From Chthonomonadales bacterium (GTDB taxonomy: Bacteria > Armatimonadota > Chthonomonadetes > Chthonomonadales > CAJBBX01): a DNA stretch of 51,997 bases. The stretch's first letter is position 1, and each line of letters opens with the position of its first letter. The translations under genes were made by a program, and so were the position numbers. The stretch is taken from contig JBBIPC010000024.1 in assembly GCA_037443035.1 (NCBI GenBank), positions 1-51,997 of the forward strand, in the 5' to 3' direction. Below are positions 16,137 to 24,086 of this stretch, one piece after another. The notes beneath the pieces were generated by a model, which saw only the letters and a program-made list of their open reading frames with translations, was not told where the DNA came from and ran no database searches.

Positions 16137-19100
16137 TTATCTCGGCATGACCTGTAGATCCTGACCGCCTAAGAGCTGCTGGAGTAGGCTCGGACCGGAC
16201 GCGGCCGGCTGGCCGATCATCTGCTTCGCGTCGAGAGCACGTTCGATGCGCATGAGCGACTCGTCTACATGCACGCGCGTATAGGTATCTCTCGGTCGAG
16301 CCTTCTGCGCCACCCGAAGCCGGCCTTTCAGGGTCCTCAACTGGTCCCATGCCAGCATCCTCGCATCTTCCGGAATGTCCGGTGCGGGCTGCGTCACCAT
16401 GTTGATCATCGTCTCGAGATGCACCCTCTGGAGCCGTCGCCGCAGGGGATCCACTGCCTTGCCGGTATCGATGTCGGCCCAGACTTGCTGGCCCACCGAT
16501 CGGAAGATCTCGGCGAGGGAAAGAACCGGTCCGTTGTCGGGCCGCCGGAACTCGTTGTTCAGCACGCGTCGCATGACGGGAGCGCTGAACACTCTCCGGA
16601 GCGCGGACGCCTGCACAGACGAGAACGTATCCAGCATGGGAAAGTCGGCGGAAGAGCCCGACATGACCGACCGGATGAGATCCGGGAAAGGATCCGCCCC
16701 CAGCTTTCCGTAGTAGGACTTCGGTAGCGCGAAGGCGTTCGGAGCGAAGACATAGGTGTTCAGGAGAGATAGGGCCAGGCGCTGTTTTTCGGCCGAGACC
16801 GGTTCCAGCACCGGCTTCTCCCCTGGGTCTCCGCGGAAGTTGCCCCGCACGTGGACACCGCCGATATAGCGGCTCGCGCTGGCAGCGGCCCTGGCATAAA
16901 GCGAGAGGAGCATGTTGAGCTGCTGCGTGAACTCCCAGTAACTCTCCCCCTTGCGCGGACTGCGGTCGCCGAGGTGCAGGACCAGGTAGCGCACCATCTG
17001 CAGACTTCGCTGCCAGTACGCCAATGGGTCCGAGGAAAGGTCGAAGCGAGCCACCTCCGGGTCGAACTGGTCGGCGAGCTCGTCGCCCTGATACGCTAGA
17101 CCAGGCTGTGCACTCTGGGAGGCGATCTTCCTTAGAAAGGCGGTCTCGCTCCCGGAGCCTGGGGTGGCTTCGGCGTAGCCGTACTTGATGGCCCAGATAT
17201 CGTAGCGTCCCACACACGCCGACCAATAGGGCACGCCCTTCTGCTTCGCTGCTGCGATATTGAAGGGGGTGTAATCCATAACGGAGGCGGTGACACCTTC
17301 CTTGGCCACGAACGCCGGGTCCTTGAGCCGGGACATGGAGAATGCCGTGCTGGCAACGAAGTTGTGCCGCAGGCCGAGTATGTGACCCATCTCATGGGTG
17401 ACCGTGTTGCGCAAGAAAGCCTTTGTGTACGCGTTTTCATCGGGCACAAGACCGGTCGGAGAGATAAGACCCAGAAGCATGTGCCCAAACCACGCCTGCT
17501 GCATGGCCTCCTCGGCGTAGTGGCAGGAGTACGGGCCGGGTGTTGCCTGCTGTGGCATCTCCAGGTGCTCGAAGTGGGAGGCCGGTGCTACGATCTTCCG
17601 CCGTTCGATCTTCGTGTAACGGACGATATTGGCATCCACTGTGATACTGGCGTTGAGGATCTGGCCCGTCAGTGGGTTGACGCGGAAGAGCGCCACAGCG
17701 TAGCCGTCCGACGGCGAGGTTACCCAGCGGATGACGTTGTAGCGCATGTCCGCATGGTCCCAGTCGGCGTCGTCGGGCATTTGCTTCACGACGATGGCAT
17801 CCTCGATGCCCGCTGCCAGGAACGCCTTGTTCCAGTCCAGAAGGCCCTGGCGTACAGCATCGCGATACTCCGTCGGTATGGCGTTGTCGAGCCAGAACAC
17901 GATGGGTTGCTTCGGCGGTGATACGGCTGCCTTGGGGTCCGCCTTTTCGAGGTGCCAGCGGTAGATGTACCGAACCACATTCTCGTCCCGATTGTCGCGG
18001 GTGAAGTCGCGGTAATCCGTGAAGAAGTATCCGACGCGAGGATCCGCCGGACGGGGCTTGAACCCCGTGTCCTTCAGCTCGAAAAGCGTGTAGACCACAC
18101 GGAGCGGGAGGCTCCGAGGATCTACGAGCGGGCTATCCGCCTCCGCCAGCATGGCGGACAGGGAGGCCCGCCCGCCAGAGCCCTTCGTGAAGTGGTAGTG
18201 GGATGTGACCACCACGTTCTCCGGGAAGACCTTGATCGTCTCGACGAACGTCTTGTCGCGGTCCATGGAGTAAGAACCGCCGCCACTCAGCAGTCCCGTC
18301 ATACCCGTTCCGCCCGACAGCGCCTGGGTGATCTGGGCGATATCGCCACGGAAGAGGTCGCTGATGTTGATAAGGAGGCTCTTCCGGTCCGGCTGCCTAG
18401 CCTCGATCTTGAACGCTTCGAGGTAGGCGTCAGGGAAGGATCGCTGCACTGCCCGCGCGATGGGATGTTTCTCCGATGCCCGGAAACGGTAGTTCGGTGT
18501 GATCAGCATGATGCGCTCGTCCATCTGGACGAACTTGAAGACGAGGTCATTGATGGGCATGCCCGCAGGTAGACGATCGGGTGTACCGGTGCTGGCGGTG
18601 ACTTCCAGCATCATCAGCTTGCCGAGCTTATCCTCCGGGATTTCCAGATAGATGGTGTCGCGTCCCGACTCCTTCTTCCGGTAGATGGTGAAGAGGCCCT
18701 CGAGCTTCTCGTAGTCCTTCACCACCTCGTCAATGGTCTTCTCTTTCTTCGGCTCGGTCTTGGTCTCGGTCTTGGGTGTGGAGGGCGTAGCGACCGCCTC
18801 CCCCAGCGGATTGCCTTCGATACGTTCCTCGTGGATCTTGCCGCTGGCCAGGGCCGACATGCCCTCTTCGCCGAATGGAACGTTTTCGACCTCAGTGTCG
18901 GCGGCCAGAGTGTCACCAGTGCTCTTCTCGATCCACGCTGTGACCGTCGCTGCTAATGCGGGTGATCCCTGGGTCTCCTTGTAGGTCAGCTTGATTTTGA
19001 CCGCGTCCACACCTCCGTGTTTCTCGAAGGCGAGCACCTCGTAGTCGCCATGACCAGCGCGTACGCCTAGACCGTTGTCCTCGGCGTAATCATGGGACCA

Positions 19101-19547
19101 TTTGTCGCCGACGCCCACGGGATGATCGGGGAAGACGACCGTGGTGGCGCAATACAACCGCACCGATAGCTTCGTGGGGTCAGGTTCGGCGGTGTCCTTC
19201 TTGTAACTGACGAGTGTTCGGTTCGGTCTCACGACCACGGTAGTCTTGTCCGGCTTATCTTCGGAAGGAAGCTTCTGGCCGTTGATCAGCGTCTCGTAGG
19301 ATTCACTCACGCTCTCGCTGGTAATGTCGCCGCTCGGAGCTACGGCCGTAATGGTGACCTTCTCTGTCTGTCGGATCTCGATGGTAACCTTGTTGCCCCC
19401 AGCTTCCAGCGTCAGCGTTCCCTCCGCCTTGTAGCGCATCACCTGACCGGGCTTCGCCTTCATGACAAGGGTCGTCTTCTCCTGACCCGTGGCAGGGGCC
19501 AGCCCGACAAGCACAGTAATGACGACGATGAGCAGGTTTCTCGGCAC
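16137..19547 (-). CDS. Secreted zinc metalloprotease (DUF5117/DUF5118/EcxA-like metzincin) with an extra N-terminal domain
   Basis: HEMGHILGLRH zinc motif and Met-turn SVMDY, plus 'PR.ADPRVGYF', 'RW.LE' and 'P.TG.IL.A'. Signal peptide present; GTG start with RBS AAGGAGG. Confidence 0.9.
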   Translation of the reverse strand: MPRNLLIVVITVLVGLAPATGQEKTTLVMKAKPGQVMRYKAEGTLTLEAGGNKVTIEIRQTEKVTITAVAPSGDITSESVSESYETLINGQKLPSEDKPDKTTVVVRPNRTLVSYKKDTAEPDPTKLSVRLYCATTVVFPDHPVGVGDKWSHDYAEDNGLGVRAGHGDYEVLAFEKHGGVDAVKIKLTYKETQGSPALAATVTAWIEKSTGDTLAADTEVENVPFGEEGMSALASGKIHEERIEGNPLGEAVATPSTPKTETKTEPKKEKTIDEVVKDYEKLEGLFTIYRKKESGRDTIYLEIPEDKLGKLMMLEVTASTGTPDRLPAGMPINDLVFKFVQMDERIMLITPNYRFRASEKHPIARAVQRSFPDAYLEAFKIEARQPDRKSLLINISDLFRGDIAQITQALSGGTGMTGLLSGGGSYSMDRDKTFVETIKVFPENVVVTSHYHFTKGSGGRASLSAMLAEADSPLVDPRSLPLRVVYTLFELKDTGFKPRPADPRVGYFFTDYRDFTRDNRDENVVRYIYRWHLEKADPKAAVSPPKQPIVFWLDNAIPTEYRDAVRQGLLDWNKAFLAAGIEDAIVVKQMPDDADWDHADMRYNVIRWVTSPSDGYAVALFRVNPLTGQILNASITVDANIVRYTKIERRKIVAPASHFEHLEMPQQATPGPYSCHYAEEAMQQAWFGHMLLGLISPTGLVPDENAYTKAFLRNTVTHEMGHILGLRHNFVASTAFSMSRLKDPAFVAKEGVTASVMDYTPFNIAAAKQKGVPYWSACVGRYDIWAIKYGYAEATPGSGSETAFLRKIASQSAQPGLAYQGDELADQFDPEVARFDLSSDPLAYWQRSLQMVRYLVLHLGDRSPRKGESYWEFTQQLNMLLSLYARAAASASRYIGGVHVRGNFRGDPGEKPVLEPVSAEKQRLALSLLNTYVFAPNAFALPKSYYGKLGADPFPDLIRSVMSGSSADFPMLDTFSSVQASALRRVFSAPVMRRVLNNEFRRPDNGPVLSLAEIFRSVGQQVWADIDTGKAVDPLRRRLQRVHLETMINMVTQPAPDIPEDARMLAWDQLRTLKGRLRVAQKARPRDTYTRVHVDESLMRIERALDAKQMIGQPAASGPSLLQQLLGGQDLQVMPR

Positions 19548-19770
19548 CTTGTAGCCTCCTTCAGTAGAGTGACGCGCTCATGCGGGTTTCGGATGGTATA
19601 GCCCGCCAGACTTTCTGCGCAGGAACACCGCGTGGTCGCACCGAACCCGGAAACACCAACGGTTATACCCGTCGCGAAGCGCACTGGACTCGGCCCGTTC
19701 ACAACGTCCCGACTGCATACGTTGCAGGCGGCCGACAGGTTGCGGCGCAAAGTAGATGCAGAGGTCCCGA

Positions 19771-20754
19771 ATGTCGGCATTCCCATACGACGACCATTCT
19801 CTCCCATCTGCCGAGATCACCTCATGCCCTCCCACCTGTCGCGTGGGAGTGCCGGCCATGGGCTGCCTCTTCGAGGTGATGGTCTGGGATGAGGATGCGG
19901 AGCGGTGTCGTCTGGTAGCTCAGGAGGCCCTGGCCGAGGTTCAGCGGTTGGACCGTCAGTTGAGTCACTATAGGGACGATAGTGACATCAGTCGGCTGAA
20001 TGTTCTTGCGGCGAGACAATGGGTCCGCGTGGAACCCGACCTATTTCGCCTACTGCAGTTGTGTGCAGCGTGGACCGTCGAGACCGATGGAGCGTTCGAC
20101 ATAGCCATAGGAGCGCTTCTGGAGTGCTGGGGGTTCCATCGAGGGACAGGGCACGTCGCGGATCCAGAGGCCATCGAGCGGGCTATGGCCTCGTCTGGCA
20201 TGGACAAAGTCGTACTGGAACCTGAAGGGTGTCTGGTACACTTTGCTGCGCCGGAGGTGGCCCTGAACCTAGGAGCGGTCGGCAAAGGGTACGCCCTAGA
20301 TCGAGCCGCCGCCACGCTGCGTTTCTACGGCGTGCAGAGTGCCCTGCTGCACGGAGGTCAGAGCACCATCGTTGCAGTAGGGGCGCCTCCCGACGCGGAG
20401 GCATGGCGTTTCCATATCCGAGACCCACGCGATCGCCGGGTCGTACTCGCAACGGTGGATCTTCGCGACGCGGCGCTATCCACATCCGGAAACTACGAGC
20501 AATACGTGGAGGTGAATGGCATGCGATACGGACACATCCTCGATCCCCGTACAGGCAGACCTACCCAGGGCACGATATTGGTCTCTGCTAGTACCCGGTC
20601 CGCGGCCCAATCGGATGCCTTCTCGACAGCTCTGTTCGTTCTAGGGCACGAGAGCGCCTCTACGTTCGCTGAACGCCATCAGAACGTGAACTTCGTCATG
20701 CTGTCCGAGGACGCTCGCGGCGGCACGGTCATCAGCCGGGCAGGACTACCGTGA
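19771..20754 (+). CDS. apbE: FAD:protein FMN transferase (ApbE family)
   Basis: AMG..FE, S.Y..DSDISRLN, T.GAFDI..G.L...WGF, LNLGAVGKGYA.D, STSG.YE, YGHILDPRTG.P and DA.STALFVLG. The exact start is uncertain. Confidence 0.9.
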   Translation: MSAFPYDDHSLPSAEITSCPPTCRVGVPAMGCLFEVMVWDEDAERCRLVAQEALAEVQRLDRQLSHYRDDSDISRLNVLAARQWVRVEPDLFRLLQLCAAWTVETDGAFDIAIGALLECWGFHRGTGHVADPEAIERAMASSGMDKVVLEPEGCLVHFAAPEVALNLGAVGKGYALDRAAATLRFYGVQSALLHGGQSTIVAVGAPPDAEAWRFHIRDPRDRRVVLATVDLRDAALSTSGNYEQYVEVNGMRYGHILDPRTGRPTQGTILVSASTRSAAQSDAFSTALFVLGHESASTFAERHQNVNFVMLSEDARGGTVISRAGLP

Positions 20755-22022
20755 TTTGGCGCGTCGTTCGTCGGCGGCTCTACCACACACGCCTATGGGC
20801 ACTACTGAGTGTGGTGGGGCCGGGCATCATTGCAGCCAACGCCGACAACGATGCGACTGGCATACTGGGCTACTCGCTCGCAGGCGCGCGCTACGAGTAT
20901 CGCCTCCTATGGGCACTAGTAGCGTGTACCATCGCCCTAGGGGTATGCCAGGAGATCTGTGCGCGCATGGGGGCAGTCACTGGCAAGGGTCTTGCAGATC
21001 TCATTCGCGAGGAGTACGGCGTCAAGATTACCATCCTCGCCATGGCGGCCCTGTTCGTCGCGAATGCTGCCACGACGGTGGCGAACTTCGCGGGCATTCT
21101 CGCCGCTGTGCAGATCTTCACTGGTCCGGAGATCCGGTTCTTCATCTTGCCGGCTGTGGCGGTGGTGGTCTGGCTACTGGTCTCGCGAGGTAGCTACCGC
21201 GGCGTGGAGCGCATTCTTCTACTGGCGGCCTCCATCTACCTCCTCTACGTCGCGAGTGCCTGGCTGGCTAGACCGCCATGGCACACTGTACTGCACCAGA
21301 CGTTGCTTCCTTCTCTTCGGAACGTGCCAGACCTCCGAGACTACGTATTCGTCCTGATCAACCTCATCGGGACGACGATAACACCGTGGGGGCAGTTCTA
21401 TGTCCAGTCCTCCGTTCGAGACAAGGGCATCCGCGCAGAGGAGTACGGCTACACACGCCTCGACGTCTTCTCTGGCGCCGTATTCACCACTGGCATTGCC
21501 TACTTCATCATTGTCTGCTGCGGCAGCACGCTCTACGCGGCTGGCATCCACAGCCTTGCTGACGCCGGTCAGGCCGCCGCCGCACTACGACCGCTGGCCG
21601 GGCCGTTGGCTGCGACGCTCTTCGCCATTGGTCTCTTCAACTCGGGATGCTTCGGCGTGGTGGCGGTTCCCCTCTCGACGGCGTACGCCTTCACCGAGGC
21701 GCTGGGCTGGGAGTCCGGCCTAGGCCGCAGGGCGAAAGATGCGCCTCTCTTTGTGTGGATGTTCACGGTACTGGTCATTGGCGGCGCTTTGACAGTCATG
21801 CTCTTCCCACGACATCTCACCTTCCTCATCATCCTGCCGAACATTGTGGGTGGAATGCTCCTGCCTATCATCCTTGTGTTGATGCTCAGACTCGTCAACA
21901 ACCCGCGGATCATGGGGCATTACACGAACGGTCCAGTCATGAACGTTGTCGCCTGGACCACGGCCATCGTACTCATCGTCCTCTCCATCATCCTCATCGC
22001 AGCCACGCTGACGGGAGCGTGA
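20751..22022 (+). CDS. Nramp/SLC11-family divalent metal transporter (Mg2+-type NRMT-like)
   Basis: GPGII...ADNDATG, 'Q.I.ARMG.VTGKGLA.LIRE' and 'IGTTITPW'. About 11 TM segments; GTGA overlap with the apbE stop. Confidence 0.88.
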   Translation: MIWRVVRRRLYHTRLWALLSVVGPGIIAANADNDATGILGYSLAGARYEYRLLWALVACTIALGVCQEICARMGAVTGKGLADLIREEYGVKITILAMAALFVANAATTVANFAGILAAVQIFTGPEIRFFILPAVAVVVWLLVSRGSYRGVERILLLAASIYLLYVASAWLARPPWHTVLHQTLLPSLRNVPDLRDYVFVLINLIGTTITPWGQFYVQSSVRDKGIRAEEYGYTRLDVFSGAVFTTGIAYFIIVCCGSTLYAAGIHSLADAGQAAAALRPLAGPLAATLFAIGLFNSGCFGVVAVPLSTAYAFTEALGWESGLGRRAKDAPLFVWMFTVLVIGGALTVMLFPRHLTFLIILPNIVGGMLLPIILVLMLRLVNNPRIMGHYTNGPVMNVVAWTTAIVLIVLSIILIAATLTGA

Positions 22023-22084
22023 AGGATGAGAGGAGGAGCGCACATGCTCCACGCGCTACGACCACAACAGAATGGAGGGCAGAC

Positions 22085-22573
22085 ATGAACGTCGAGCCTT
22101 GGACGGCGTACTTCGCTTCGGTGGTACTGCTCTGGGGCTGGTGGAAGCTGGCTTTTCCACTGCGAATCCCGGCTCTGGTGTGGGTGACCGAGTTGGCCGA
22201 GCGAATCGTCCGAGGCGACCTGCCGCAGGAACTGGCGTCGCTGGATGTCTTCGCGGATGACAAGCTGGGCATGGTGGAAGACGTCCTCCGATTGGGAAGC
22301 TCATGGAACATGGCCTACGCCAGGTGGCGGATGGTCAGCATTACGACGGGCACGTCTGCTACGGTGTTCGGTTTGTGTTCCCTGGTAGCTCGATGGTCCG
22401 AGCGTTTCGCGGGACCTTTGGCGCTCGTGGGTGTGGTGGCCTTGCTCCTCGGACTGGTGACGCTCGTGGTGGAGGAGCGAGTCCGCCGCCAGATTGGGGA
22501 TGCCATGGTGGAGGATCTCAACACCGTGGTCAAGGCATGGCATGCACGCCTGAGCCGCACGGAAACCGGATAG
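22085..22573 (+). CDS. Hypothetical membrane protein (about 3 TM)
   Basis: RBS GGAGG before ATG 22085 (MNVEPWTAYF...). Hydrophobic segments present; no recognised family. Confidence 0.55.
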   Translation: MNVEPWTAYFASVVLLWGWWKLAFPLRIPALVWVTELAERIVRGDLPQELASLDVFADDKLGMVEDVLRLGSSWNMAYARWRMVSITTGTSATVFGLCSLVARWSERFAGPLALVGVVALLLGLVTLVVEERVRRQIGDAMVEDLNTVVKAWHARLSRTETG

Positions 22574-22749
22574 ACACGCGTGCACGGCCAGGCTCGCGTG
22601 ACCAGCACCGTATCACGCGGGCATTCGATACCTTCTCCGGGAGGGGGTAACGGACGTGCCGTCCGTTCTGGGGCGAGGCTGCACTTAGGGATAGTAGCGA
22701 TAGCAGGTGGCCGGATTCCGGAGGGCCTCGCAGACGACGCGAGGAAGCA

Positions 22750-23871
22750 TCACTTTCGCGCCGAGGGCAACAGCTCGAACCTGCCTTCGACGGTATTCCA
22801 CGCGTCGTTGGAGCCGGTACCGCTGAACACCATCACGAACCGAACTCCATCTGCGGACCACCACGCAGGAGCGAAGTTCCAATAGAACGTAGTGGGTTCG
22901 ATGTTGCCGCTCCCCCAGTTCTCGGAGTAGAGCACCGTATGCCAGGGACCCCACAGATGGGGCGCCTCGAACACACCGATATTCCCGGCTGCCGTACGGT
23001 GGTGCTCGGTGATCAGCAGGTACCGGCGCAGGCGAGGATTCCAAGCGACGCTGACCATCATTGCGCCTCCGGACGGGTCGCTCCAGATGGGTTTCCGTGC
23101 CGCGGGTGACGCTGTCCACTGGGGGCGACCGTATGTATCCAGTCCTGCGTAGAACGTCCAGGCACGCGGGAGCCCAATCTCGTGTTTCCTGGCGCGTAAG
23201 AGCACAACCTCTCCCGGCACGTGTACATCCCACCGGCTTGTCTTGATGTTGGTCGCGCACACATAGACGTAGCCATCTACGGCAAGGCCATGCTCCTTTC
23301 CGTACTGCACGAACGTCGGAGCGAAGAACCCGGAGTCGGGGTGGGCGAAGTCAGCAGCCGCGAAACGCACACTCGTTGGTGCCCAGCTCCTGCCAAGATC
23401 GCGGGACTGCCATAGCTCCTGGAAGACGTATGCACTGGTCGTAGACCCATCGCCAGTCCGCCATGCATACAGAGCACGATTGACCGCGAGGATGCCGTAG
23501 CACTTGCCCGTGAAGGCAGCCGGTGCTTCTGCGGCAAAGCCTCCGGCCACGTTAGCGCCCTTGTAGTTGCTCGGTGAACCCTTGATGACGGCGAAGCCGC
23601 AACTGACCCTGCCGCGCTCGTCCGTGCCACCGAAGCCGCCGCCGTCGCCCCATGATGTGTACTGGTTACCATCGTGGCCCCAGGTCATCGGCCAGTTGTC
23701 GCTTCCAGGCGCCAGGCGTCGGCGTGACCGGAAGTCGAAGACCATGCGTCGGATGACCGTGCTGGGCGGATAGGGCGCGCCACGCACGATCCGCGCGCCC
23801 ACCGACGATAGACACACTCCTGCGTAGGAAGCATCCACCAATACCGCCAGACCTAAGAGTCGCCATCCCAT
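22750..23871 (-). CDS. Secreted DUF4185-like beta-propeller protein
   Basis: Signal peptide, 'GSDNWPMTW..DG..YTSWGDGGGF', 'F.QYG', 'D.YVYV' and 'EAP..WGPW'. Confidence 0.7.
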   Translation of the reverse strand: MGWRLLGLAVLVDASYAGVCLSSVGARIVRGAPYPPSTVIRRMVFDFRSRRRLAPGSDNWPMTWGHDGNQYTSWGDGGGFGGTDERGRVSCGFAVIKGSPSNYKGANVAGGFAAEAPAAFTGKCYGILAVNRALYAWRTGDGSTTSAYVFQELWQSRDLGRSWAPTSVRFAAADFAHPDSGFFAPTFVQYGKEHGLAVDGYVYVCATNIKTSRWDVHVPGEVVLLRARKHEIGLPRAWTFYAGLDTYGRPQWTASPAARKPIWSDPSGGAMMVSVAWNPRLRRYLLITEHHRTAAGNIGVFEAPHLWGPWHTVLYSENWGSGNIEPTTFYWNFAPAWWSADGVRFVMVFSGTGSNDAWNTVEGRFELLPSARK

Positions 23872-23994
23872 GCGTCCATCCTACCGCACCCGACACTTCC
23901 GCGCCATGGCTGCACAGACGCGGCCTGGATGACAACGGCCGACACACGTAGCCGGCATGGCGACAAGCGCATCGCGTGTGACCAGGCTCAGACC

Positions 23995-24023
23995 TTGCAT
24001 CCGTCTGCCGGTCATGTTAGAAT
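23995..24023 (+). promoter_or_regulatory. Putative sigma70 promoter for the glycyl-radical-enzyme operon
   Basis: TTGCAT (23995-24000), a 17-bp spacer, then TAGAAT (24018-24023), with an extended -10 TG at 24015-24016. Confidence 0.55.
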
Positions 24024-24086
24024 GACAGTACACAGCGCCAGCGGCGGATAACGTGCCGGGGTGTCGGCTGGCGGGAGGTTGTGAGG

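Noticed and set aside
16039..17226. 395-aa alternative-frame ORF
   Set aside because: Arg/Pro-rich off-frame shadow inside the metalloprotease gene.
19548..19770. Possible riboswitch or ncRNA in the divergent region before apbE and the Nramp gene
   Set aside because: I could not match FMN, M-box or yybP-ykoY consensus motifs by eye. An Infernal scan would be needed.
20751..22022. Calling the transporter mntH
   Set aside because: It lacks the DPGN and MPH metal-site motifs of Mn/Fe Nramps.
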